Made by a program: the position numbers and the translations under genes. Source: Lysobacterales bacterium (GTDB lineage Bacteria; Pseudomonadota; Gammaproteobacteria; Xanthomonadales; SZUA-5). From it: a DNA stretch of 64,000 nt. Under the pieces are notes generated by a model. It was not told where the DNA came from. It did not search any database and saw nothing but the letters and a program-made list of their open reading frames with translations. Location: assembly GCA_022844165.1 (NCBI GenBank), contig JALHMH010000008.1, forward strand, positions 11,294 to 75,293. Reading direction: 5' to 3'. This document shows positions 1 through 8,870 of the stretch, one piece after another. The number at the start of each line of letters is the position of its first letter. Position 1 is the first letter of the stretch.

Positions 1-19
1 CGTGCCCCGTGACCCGCTC

Positions 20-3000
20 ATGAGTACCGCGACGTTTGACCTGCTCCGCAAACGCCTGACTGCAGCTGCCCAGTCGCTACGAGCGAAAGCGGATTCGCTC
101 AACTCCAAGCGCGTCGAAACCTTTGGCCGAACGGAGTCCAAGTTGCTGGCGCGTCTCTCGGCGCGCACCGAAAACAACTGCGTCGCCCGCGACATCGTTC
201 GCGTAGGCAATGTGTTGTTGTTCGGCTACTCGGTGACGTTGGGCCTGAAAAAAGAAACCCGCGTCGACGATGTGTTTTGCCTCTACAAGCTCGATAGTGG
301 CGCTGAGGGCACGGAGTTGACGGCAGTGCCCATGGAAGGCACGTTCCTTTCCGAGCAGCGTTTCGTTGCTGACTTTCGCGAGCTGTATACCTATTACAAG
401 GCCACTGCGCTCGACCAGTTGCGCGTCGTCGGCGAGAAGCTGCTGCTGATTTTCCGCACTGGCAGCCAGCCCGGCGATAAGCGTGTGTTTCGCTTCGCGA
501 TCGAACGCGGCGGCGCAATCAACTACATCGACAATCGCGGCGAGCGCGATCATGTGCTGCCGGTCCCGCACAGTTTCGAGTGGGTGCCAGTCACGCGCGA
601 ACAGCATGTGATGGGGCGCTTTCCGCACATCAACATACTCGACACGGTGTTCGTTGAGACCACCGGCGGCGATCTGACGGTCAAAATCGAAAATAACACC
701 GAAACGGGCCTGGGCATTTTTGCCGAACCCGTCGACGACAAGAATCAGGCATTGGCTGACGCCGACATCGCTTACGCCGATCTGGGCGCGCTGATCGTGC
801 TCAAGATCCGTCCGTATCGCGAGAACGTGACACGGCACCTGGTGTTCAATCGGCGCCTCAAACAGGTCGTGCGCATCGACGCGATTGGCGATTCCTGCGT
901 TGAGTTGCCCGAAGATCATGGCGTCGTTTTCCCAGGTGGGTATTACCTGGAATCGGGTGACACCAAGAACTTTCGCGATCTTGGCCACGATTTTGCTGGC
1001 TACCGCCTGAAGCGCACAGTGCGGGCGCCGAGCGGCGAAGATGTGCTGTATGTGTTCTACGACGAAGCCAGAGGCGACTATGCCTTGCTCGCTTACAATC
1101 TGATCGATCGTGTGATCGCGCAGCCTTTGTTGGCCAGCGGCTACGCGCGCTTCGACGACGGTCGCATTTTGCTGATCACGCCCGAAGGCGAAGATGCCTC
1201 GCGGCTGCACACAATGCAGTTGTGGCAGACACCATTCGCCTCAGACGAGCATGCCGGCGCGCAACCGAAAGTTGCCGGATTGCTGGGGCGCCTGGGTAAC
1301 GCGAACGTCGTCCGCGCCTTGGCGGAACTGCGCGAGCTCAGTCGCCTGGCCGAAGACGCCAACACGCAGGCCTCTTACGATCGCCTGCTGAAACTCGCAG
1401 CGCGGTGCAACGACGCGCATCCTTGGCTGGCGGAATCCGAGGTCGACAAGATCGCCCAGGAAGTGGCGTTGGTCGGACGCAGCGGGCGCGAAGCGCTGGA
1501 TGCGTTCGACAAGCTGGAAAAGGCCAAACGCGCGGCGAGCGAGTCATTAGTCGCCGCCACACGGCAGGTCACCGAATTGCTCTCGCGTGTGGCGAGCCTG
1601 TTGTGGAAAACGCCGGACGATTTCACCGATGCAATTCGCTCGCTGAAACGACAGCGCGGCGAGCTGACGGGATTGAAGGAACAGCCGCACATCGATGTGG
1701 CGGCAGTCGGACGCGAGGACGCGCGCGTCACCGACGAATTGACGCGCATTGGCGAACGCGCGCTGAAGTTCTTCTCCGATCCAGCCAGTTTTGCGGCGTT
1801 GCGCAAGGGTTTGAACGAAGCCTCGGCGGCTGTGGACGCGGCAAAAACTACGACCGCTTTGAAACCGGTGGGCGACAAGCTGGATGCGCTGGCGGAGTCG
1901 TTGGATGGTTTGTCGGAACTGATCGCCAGCTTCGAGCAGACCGATGCGCAAGTGCGCGCCTCGCTGCTCGGCCAAACGTCCAATCTGTATGCCGAAGTCA
2001 ACCGCATTCGCGCTGCTGCTCGAGCGCGCCGCGAGGTGTTGCAAGAGCAAGAACAAGGCCTCGAATTCAGCGCGCAGCTGACGGTACTCGAACAATCTCT
2101 GACCAATCTGCTGGCCAGGTCGGATTCACCCGAGGCGATAGACGAGGCGATGGCGCGCACGCTGGGCACCATCGAGCAACTCGAAGGTCGCTTCGGCGCG
2201 CAGCCGCAGTTTTTGATCGAACTGACCACACGTCGCGAAGCTGCGCTTGAGGCGTTTGCGTCGCGGCGCGATCAGGTCACCGCGCAGCGCGACAAACGCG
2301 CACAAGGATTGCGCGAGGCCATCACCCGCGTGCTCGATGGCATACCGCGGCGCACCGCCAAGCTGGCGCAAGCGGAAGAGTTGCATGCGTTTTTCGCCGG
2401 CGACACGCTGGTCGAGCGAGCGCAATCGCAGATCAACGAGTTGCGCAGTCTCGGTGCGGCGGTCCAGGCCGACGAGTTAGCTGGACGTTTGCGCAGCCTC
2501 AAAGAATCCGGTTTGCGCGATTTGCGCGATCGCCTCGAGCTTGGCACAGGAGAATCACTGGCGCTCGGTCGCCACCGCTTTACTATCGAACGACGTCCGC
2601 TCGATCTGGCGCTGCTGCACGACGAGCGCGGGCTGCATTTGCAGCTGACCGGCACCGATTATCGTGTGTCGTTGGCCGAGCCTGGCGCTGAGCAGTTCCA
2701 GTCGGTTTGGGGACAGATGCTGCCGAACGAAACGCCGGACGTGTATCGCGCAGAGTTCTTGGCCTGGCGCGTCTGGCGTCTTGCCAGCGGCGGCGAGCAA
2801 GCGGCACAAGCAGCACTCAAGGCAGAAAACGCCGAGGCCTTACTGGACTACGTTGCGAGCGTCGCGCAGACGTATCCCGCCGAGGACTATCAGCGCGGCG
2901 TGCACGACAGCGATGCCGCGAAAATTGTTGCCATGTTGGCTCGCATCGCAGAGCAGGCGGGAGAACTGCGTTGGCCGGCCGCACAGCGCGTGTTGGCGCA

Positions 3001-5245
3001 AGCGTGGTTCGCGACGCTCGATGGCGTGGGGCAGGACGCGGTGAAAGCGCTAGCGAATGGCTTATCGTGGTTCTTGACCAAGGGCGCCATGCCACTGCCA
3101 CCGTCGTGGGCCGATGGCCTGGCTGCTGTGGCAAAGGCGCTGGCGCTGCCACACGACCCGGCCAGCCAGGAGGGTGCAGCACGCCATATTGCCGCCAGCC
3201 TCGCCAGCGCCACACATGCTTTTGCGGCCAGTGGTGCGGCACTCGATCTCGCCGACGCGGTTGCGCGCGAGGTGCCGCGGACCGCGCTTGCGGCGCTGGA
3301 GGCGCCGTTGTCACTCGCCGAACGCTGGCAGCTTGCGTCCGCCTGGTGTGCCTCGCTGCAACGCGAGGCTCCGGCATCGGTGGTGTGCGAGGCGGCGGCT
3401 ATCGTGGCCTTTCCGCAGCTCCAGCGCGAGCGTGTGAACGTCGAGTTGCATACCGTGATCAAGGAGTTGCGGGGTGAGCATCCGCGCCTCCATCAAGGTG
3501 CGCTGAAGCTGGATTTCGCGGAATTCTTGACGCGCCTGGCGATGCACGAGCAGACGATAGCGCCGGCTTGGCATGGATTTGCTGGGCTGCGCCATGGGCT
3601 GAGCGAACGCGAGCGCAAACGACTAGGCCTGGATCGTTTCTTCGCCAAGCCGCTCGCGGGTTTCGTGCGTAACCGGCTCATCGACGAGGTCTATCTGCCG
3701 CTGATTGGCAACAATCTGGCCAAACAAATCGGCACGCTCGGCGACAACCGTTCCGATCGTTCCGGGCTGCTGCTGTTGATCTCGCCGCCCGGCTACGGAA
3801 AAACGACCTTGATGGAATACATCGCCGATCGCCTCGGCATGATTTTCGTCCGCGTGAATGGGCCAACCATCGGCCATGAAACGACCGCGCTCGATCCCGC
3901 AAGTGCGCCACACCGTGGCGCTGCAGATGAGTTGGTGAAGTTGAATCTGGGCCTGGCGATGGGCGTCAACGTGATGCTGTATGTTGACGATATCCAGCAC
4001 TGTTCCCCGGAATTCCTGCAGAAGTTTATTTCCCTGGCCGACGGCACTCGCCGCGTCGATGCCGTGATCGATGGCGTTGCGCGCACGATCGATTTGCGCG
4101 GCAAACGATTTGCACTGGTTATGGCGGGCAATCCGTACACCGAAACGGGCGACGTATTTCGCATTCCGGACATGCTCGCCAACCGCGCCGATGTCTATAA
4201 CCTGGGCGATGTTCTGAGTGGTCGCGAAGCGCTGTTCGCGGACAGCTACATCGAAAACGCGCTCACCGCCAACCCGCTCGCTGCACCACTGGCCGAGCGT
4301 CCACGTAACGACATTTTGAGCGTTTTGCGTATTGCGCGCGGCGACGACGAAACGCCACCGGCTGGATTGCCGGGCGGTTTGGAACTGATCGAACTGGTGA
4401 AACGCATGGTTGCCGTGCGCGATGTCTTGAGCCGCGTCAATTCGGCCTATGTGGCGAGTGCTGCGCAGGACGATGCCTATCGCACCGAGCCGCCGTTCAA
4501 GCTGCAGGGCAGCTACCGCAACATGGTCAAGCTCACTGCGCAATTGTCGCCGCTGATGACCGAGCAGGAACTGGATTCGCTGATCCGCGATCATTACCGT
4601 GGCGAGGCGCAGACGTTGGGCGCTCGCGCCGAAGAGAATCTGCTGAAGCTCGCGCATTTGATCGGCCAGCCATCGGATGACGAAAAAGCGCGTTGGAGGA
4701 CTGTGGTCGATGACTTCCAGCGCCTGATGAAGCAAGGCGGCAAAGACGCAGATGGCGCGACTCGCACCGCGCAAGTGCTTGGCGGGATTGCTCATGCTCT
4801 GGACAAGCAGAATGCACAAACCGCAACCGCCGCCCAGCGCGCCGCCGATGGTCTGGCGAGCATCGCTGCGCAGTTGCAGCAACAACACGCCGGCGCTGGC
4901 AGCGCAGCGCAGTCGTTGGAAAAGGCGATCGAAAAACAGGCAACGGCGATTGCGCAGCAACTGGAGCGGCAAACAGTGCAAGCGGGCAGCAACCGCAAAG
5001 CACTCGATGCACTGCAAAGCCTGAGTGCGATTCGCGATGCACTGGCACGCGAGCCCAAACTGGACGTGCCCGAATCCCTGGTCGTTGCGCTGGCGCGTAT
5101 GGCCAAAGCCTACGAAGATACGCTGGTACCGATCGTCTCCGCGCTGCATCACAAAACCACGCTGGATCACGATATCTGGGAGCAGGTCAGGGCAGTGCGG
5201 GCAGAAGTCGATGCGATGATGAAGCGGATCGGTAGATCGAAGTAG
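20..5245 (+). CDS. Large AAA+ ATPase of the DUF3686 ('DNA repair ATPase') type: N-terminal beta-rich region, long coiled coil, C-terminal AAA+ module (1741 aa)
   Basis: ORF 2..5245 with ATG at 20. Walker A SPPGYGKTT, Walker B MLYVDDIQH, MAGNPY, MLANRAD, TEPPFKLQGSYRNM; heptad-rich central region. Confidence 0.85.
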   Translation: MSTATFDLLRKRLTAAAQSLRAKADSLNSKRVETFGRTESKLLARLSARTENNCVARDIVRVGNVLLFGYSVTLGLKKETRVDDVFCLYKLDSGAEGTELTAVPMEGTFLSEQRFVADFRELYTYYKATALDQLRVVGEKLLLIFRTGSQPGDKRVFRFAIERGGAINYIDNRGERDHVLPVPHSFEWVPVTREQHVMGRFPHINILDTVFVETTGGDLTVKIENNTETGLGIFAEPVDDKNQALADADIAYADLGALIVLKIRPYRENVTRHLVFNRRLKQVVRIDAIGDSCVELPEDHGVVFPGGYYLESGDTKNFRDLGHDFAGYRLKRTVRAPSGEDVLYVFYDEARGDYALLAYNLIDRVIAQPLLASGYARFDDGRILLITPEGEDASRLHTMQLWQTPFASDEHAGAQPKVAGLLGRLGNANVVRALAELRELSRLAEDANTQASYDRLLKLAARCNDAHPWLAESEVDKIAQEVALVGRSGREALDAFDKLEKAKRAASESLVAATRQVTELLSRVASLLWKTPDDFTDAIRSLKRQRGELTGLKEQPHIDVAAVGREDARVTDELTRIGERALKFFSDPASFAALRKGLNEASAAVDAAKTTTALKPVGDKLDALAESLDGLSELIASFEQTDAQVRASLLGQTSNLYAEVNRIRAAARARREVLQEQEQGLEFSAQLTVLEQSLTNLLARSDSPEAIDEAMARTLGTIEQLEGRFGAQPQFLIELTTRREAALEAFASRRDQVTAQRDKRAQGLREAITRVLDGIPRRTAKLAQAEELHAFFAGDTLVERAQSQINELRSLGAAVQADELAGRLRSLKESGLRDLRDRLELGTGESLALGRHRFTIERRPLDLALLHDERGLHLQLTGTDYRVSLAEPGAEQFQSVWGQMLPNETPDVYRAEFLAWRVWRLASGGEQAAQAALKAENAEALLDYVASVAQTYPAEDYQRGVHDSDAAKIVAMLARIAEQAGELRWPAAQRVLAQAWFATLDGVGQDAVKALANGLSWFLTKGAMPLPPSWADGLAAVAKALALPHDPASQEGAARHIAASLASATHAFAASGAALDLADAVAREVPRTALAALEAPLSLAERWQLASAWCASLQREAPASVVCEAAAIVAFPQLQRERVNVELHTVIKELRGEHPRLHQGALKLDFAEFLTRLAMHEQTIAPAWHGFAGLRHGLSERERKRLGLDRFFAKPLAGFVRNRLIDEVYLPLIGNNLAKQIGTLGDNRSDRSGLLLLISPPGYGKTTLMEYIADRLGMIFVRVNGPTIGHETTALDPASAPHRGAADELVKLNLGLAMGVNVMLYVDDIQHCSPEFLQKFISLADGTRRVDAVIDGVARTIDLRGKRFALVMAGNPYTETGDVFRIPDMLANRADVYNLGDVLSGREALFADSYIENALTANPLAAPLAERPRNDILSVLRIARGDDETPPAGLPGGLELIELVKRMVAVRDVLSRVNSAYVASAAQDDAYRTEPPFKLQGSYRNMVKLTAQLSPLMTEQELDSLIRDHYRGEAQTLGARAEENLLKLAHLIGQPSDDEKARWRTVVDDFQRLMKQGGKDADGATRTAQVLGGIAHALDKQNAQTATAAQRAADGLASIAAQLQQQHAGAGSAAQSLEKAIEKQATAIAQQLERQTVQAGSNRKALDALQSLSAIRDALAREPKLDVPESLVVALARMAKAYEDTLVPIVSALHHKTTLDHDIWEQVRAVRAEVDAMMKRIGRSK

Positions 5246-5316
5246 TTGGGCTTGCACCGATTTCGACGCTGCTCAAATACCATGGTCTTCCAATTCATGG
5301 GATAGCGTGCGCAGTG

Positions 5317-5730
5317 ATGGATTTTGTCAACCGTGGACACATCGAATATTCAGGCGGCTGCCACTGTGGGGCAGTGCGCTTTCGGTTCATGGCCGGCGAG
5401 GTCCTGGATGTGCTGCGCTGCAATTGTTCGATTTGCGCGCGCACGGGTTATTTGCACGTTACCGTGCCACATGCAGCCTTCGAGTTGCTCAGTGACCACT
5501 CCACGTTGGCCGAATATCGCTTCGGTACGCGCCGCGCCGCACATTGGTTTTGCCGGGTCTGCGGCATCAAGAGTTTTTACCAACCGCGCTCGCATCCTGA
5601 CTGTTTCAGCATTCACCTGGGCTGCGTCGACAGCGACCCGTCTGCGCGCATCGTCGACTTCGATGGTCGGCATTGGGAACAATCGAGCGCCGCGCTCGGC
5701 GGCGCGGTCTTTGATGCAGCATTCGAGTAG
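5317..5730 (+). CDS. GFA/CENP-V family Zn-binding protein
   Basis: GGCHCGAVRF, CNCSIC and HWFCRVCG motifs; DFDGRHWE near the C-terminus. Confidence 0.9.
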   Translation: MDFVNRGHIEYSGGCHCGAVRFRFMAGEVLDVLRCNCSICARTGYLHVTVPHAAFELLSDHSTLAEYRFGTRRAAHWFCRVCGIKSFYQPRSHPDCFSIHLGCVDSDPSARIVDFDGRHWEQSSAALGGAVFDAAFE

Positions 5731-5765
5731 CCCGCGCGCAGTCGATTCGATCGCCCCAAACTCGC

Positions 5766-5771
5766 TATCGT
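5766..5771 (+). promoter_or_regulatory. Putative -10 element (TATCGT) for a leaderless transcript of the Clp-like operon
   Basis: GCTATCGT-N6-ATG(5778) with no Shine-Dalgarno sequence. Confidence 0.35.
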
Positions 5772-5777
5772 TCCGCC

Positions 5778-8700
5778 ATGGCGCACATCGATCTCACCTT
5801 GCACTGGCTGGCGATCCCGCTCGACGATGGTCAGCAGTGGGTGCACGCGGCTGGCTTTCCTGAGATCAACCGCATCACTGCTACACGTAAGGGCGGCGAG
5901 CGTGCGCTGGCCAAACGCATCGACGCGCGATTGAGTCGAGAGAACATTGATCACGTGCACTGTCGCATCTGGCCAACGCCGAGTCTGACGACGATCCCGG
6001 TCGAAATTAAAGCGCCGGCACGGTCTGCCGAGTGGCGCCGACCGGTCACAATCGAGGTGCAGGTTCTGTACGCGCAGCACGGCGCGCAGTGGTTGGCCTT
6101 TGCGCCGGCGCTCGGTATGTCGCTGGCTGCCGAATCCGAAGAGAAACTGCGCGAGACCGTCGTTCAGCAGGCCCATGTTCGCCTCGGCAAACTTGAGCGG
6201 GCGCGTTTGCGCGAGTTGGCGCAAGTCGATCGCTTTCGCGGCGCGACCCTGACTTCAAGCTCCGAGCCGTTCGAGTTGCCATCCGCAAAAGCGAGAGCGG
6301 CGCGCCGCGAGCAGATCGATACCTCGGTGCTGGCGGAGGTTGCCGATCCCTTTCCGTCGCTGCGCGCAATCGCGCTGGACGCGACCGTGCTGCGGCTTGC
6401 AGAGGCGCTGAGCGGCGACATGGCGCATTCGGTGTTGCTCGTCGGTCCGCCGGGTTGCGGCAAGACGTCGGCCGTCGCCGAACTGGCGCGACGGCATCCG
6501 GCCCTGGGCCTTAAGCAGACCGATGGCGCACGCCTGATCGCCGGGCAGAGTGGCTACGGGCAGTGGCAGCAGCGTTTGCGCGAACTGGTGCGCGAGCTCG
6601 CGAAGGCCAAGTCGATTCTGCATCTGGGTCAGCTGACTGAGCTCATGGAGGTTGGACGCTGCCGTGCCGGCGAGCAGTCGATGGCGGGCTTCCTGCGTGG
6701 CGACATCGCGCGCGGCACGCTGCGCGCGATCGCCGAATGTACGCAGGAACAATTGGCAGCGATTGAGCGCGATGAGCCGGGTCTGATCGCCGCCTTCCAA
6801 ACCGTGACGATGCAGGCGCCGGATGTCGCTACCACGCGTGAGATCCTGCAAGCTGAGGCGCGTGCGCTGCACATTGATATGGACGCGGCGCAGATCGGGT
6901 GGATCGAACGTTTGCATCGCCGCTACGCGGGCTATTCGGCGCGACCGGCGCGTGCCATCGAGTTCTTGCGCGATCTGGGGCAAAGCGGTGTGCAGTCGTC
7001 GCTGCCATCGATCACGCAGGCTTTCTCACAGCAAACGGGATTGCCCGCCTGGCTACTGGATGAGTCTCAACGTTTCGATCGCGATGGCGCCGAGCGTTTT
7101 TTCTCGACGCGAGTCCTGGGGCAAACCGCCGCCATCAAGACCGTCTTGGCACGCGTCGCCGAAATCAAAGCCGATCTGCATCGTGGTGGGCGACCGCTCG
7201 GAAGTTTTTTGCTGATCGGGCCCACCGGCACCGGCAAGACTGAGCTGGCAAAAACGCTGGCTGCATTCCTCTTCGGCAGCGGCGATCGGCTGACGCGCTT
7301 CGATCTCTCGCAAGCCACTGATCCGCTATCCGTGCAGCGTCTGATTGGCAGCAGCGCCTATGGGGCGCCAGAAGGCTTGCTCACCGCGCGCGTTCGCGAG
7401 CAGCCGTTTTGTGTGCTGCTGCTCGATGAGTTCGAGAAGGCGCACCCGAGTTTTTTTGATCTGCTGCTGCAAATGTTGGGTGACGGCCGTCTCACCGATG
7501 GCAGCGGGCGCGTCGCCGATCTGTCGAATGCCGTGGTGCTGCTGACATCCAACTTGGGCGCGAACGATGCGCAGCGCGCCGCGATGGGATTCGCCGCGCG
7601 CCAGAGCGGTGGCGAATACGAGGCGGCAGTGAAGCGCTTTGTCCGCCCCGAGCTGTACAACCGCTTCGATGCGATCGTCCCGTTCGCGCCGCTCGATCGA
7701 ACGCAGTGCCGAGCCATTGCGGCGCGCGAAGTGCAACGCGCGCTGGCGCGCGACGGTCTGCGTCAGCGCGGCATCGAGCCGCAGTTGCCCGCCGATACGA
7801 TCGAGCGGCTCGCGGACGTTGGATTCGATGCCGCGTTCGGCGCGCGTGCGCTGAAGCGCCACATCGAGCGCGAATTGGTGGTGCCGCTGAGCGAATCGCT
7901 CGCAGCAAATCCACTTGCAAGCCAGTTGATTCTGGTCGATCGGCGCATCCGTGCGTCGACGACCACTCGGCCAGCGAGCTCCGGCGCGGCCGTCGCAAAC
8001 GCCGCGCGCGATCTGCGCCAACGCTGCGCGCGCATACAAAATTGCAGTGAACTTCAAGCATTGATCGATGAAGCCGAAATGCTCAAGCTCGCAGCGAAGC
8101 GATTGTCGCGTCGTCATCTGAAACCGCTGCCGACGGCAGTCGCGCGCCTGAAACTTCTGAGCGAGTTGCAGACCGATGCACAGGCGTTATTGAATGCGGC
8201 CTGCCTGCACGAGGACGCAGCCCTGGCGGGTTTGTGGGACCGAGAAGTTGGGCCGTCGCCGGCGCCGAATCAACTCACGCAAGAGCTGCTCGCGCTCAAG
8301 CGCCGCATCCTGGCCGCGGCTTATCGAGATCCGCATCGTATCGAGCTGTTGCTGGTTGCGGACGTGCATGGCTGGCTCTGCGAGTTGCTGGCCGCCTATC
8401 GCAGCCTGAAGGTCAAGCTGCGGGTCGCACAGATTGTCGAGCGCCACGGGACGGAGTTACGGGTGCGCGCGTTGGATGAGGTGCCCTACAAGGCGACCGT
8501 TCTGGATCAGCCGCCGCCCGTGGTGATCGGCCTGACGTTCGTCGTCGAAGGCGATCTTTGCGCCGCGCTGTTTTCTGGTGAAGTCGGAATCCACCTTTGG
8601 CGCCCGGCGCGCGAGGTGGGCGGTCCGCGATTGGCGATGCTGCGCGCGACCAGCGCTACGGAAGAAATCGATCTGACGCAGCTGCGTGATGTGACTGAGT

Positions 8701-8870
8701 GCGGATTGCCGCGAGTGCGTGAGTTCGATCACGACAAGGCGGAGGTGCGCGAAGGCAAGTGGCGGCGACTGTGGGACACGATGGCACCGCGGTATACAGT
8801 CGCCGAGCGCATGCGCGATCGGCTGCAGCTGGCCATCGACCGTATTGGCGCCAGCGAGGCCGCGCCGTGA
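5778..8870 (+). CDS. ClpA/ClpB-like double AAA+ ATPase, subunit 1 (1030 aa), with release-factor-like C-terminal domain
   Basis: D1 GPPGCGKT; D2 GPTGTGKTELAK, LLLDEFEKAHP, LLQMLGDGRLTD, TSNLG, RPELYNRFD, FGARALKR. C-terminal TFVVEGDLCAALFSGEVGIH. Confidence 0.85.
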   Translation: MAHIDLTLHWLAIPLDDGQQWVHAAGFPEINRITATRKGGERALAKRIDARLSRENIDHVHCRIWPTPSLTTIPVEIKAPARSAEWRRPVTIEVQVLYAQHGAQWLAFAPALGMSLAAESEEKLRETVVQQAHVRLGKLERARLRELAQVDRFRGATLTSSSEPFELPSAKARAARREQIDTSVLAEVADPFPSLRAIALDATVLRLAEALSGDMAHSVLLVGPPGCGKTSAVAELARRHPALGLKQTDGARLIAGQSGYGQWQQRLRELVRELAKAKSILHLGQLTELMEVGRCRAGEQSMAGFLRGDIARGTLRAIAECTQEQLAAIERDEPGLIAAFQTVTMQAPDVATTREILQAEARALHIDMDAAQIGWIERLHRRYAGYSARPARAIEFLRDLGQSGVQSSLPSITQAFSQQTGLPAWLLDESQRFDRDGAERFFSTRVLGQTAAIKTVLARVAEIKADLHRGGRPLGSFLLIGPTGTGKTELAKTLAAFLFGSGDRLTRFDLSQATDPLSVQRLIGSSAYGAPEGLLTARVREQPFCVLLLDEFEKAHPSFFDLLLQMLGDGRLTDGSGRVADLSNAVVLLTSNLGANDAQRAAMGFAARQSGGEYEAAVKRFVRPELYNRFDAIVPFAPLDRTQCRAIAAREVQRALARDGLRQRGIEPQLPADTIERLADVGFDAAFGARALKRHIERELVVPLSESLAANPLASQLILVDRRIRASTTTRPASSGAAVANAARDLRQRCARIQNCSELQALIDEAEMLKLAAKRLSRRHLKPLPTAVARLKLLSELQTDAQALLNAACLHEDAALAGLWDREVGPSPAPNQLTQELLALKRRILAAAYRDPHRIELLLVADVHGWLCELLAAYRSLKVKLRVAQIVERHGTELRVRALDEVPYKATVLDQPPPVVIGLTFVVEGDLCAALFSGEVGIHLWRPAREVGGPRLAMLRATSATEEIDLTQLRDVTECGLPRVREFDHDKAEVREGKWRRLWDTMAPRYTVAERMRDRLQLAIDRIGASEAAP

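Noticed and set aside
20-5245. Literal DNA-repair function (SMC/Rad50-like)
   Set aside because: The ATPase is a C-terminal AAA+ module, not a split ABC-type head. The name is an annotation label only.
3623-5257. 544-aa antisense ORF, and similar ones at 16798-18294(+), 19379-20644(-), 26151-27749(-) and 42718-44136(-)
   Set aside because: Shadow ORFs opposite well-supported genes. They are expected in GC-rich DNA with biased codon usage and show no motifs or RBS.
8759-8866. Upstream in-frame starts given by the ORF track (8759, 11749, 19274, 23734, 42181, 46507, 47888, 48684, 58429, 59067)
   Set aside because: Downstream starts are supported by stop/start overlaps, RBS or signal-peptide position.
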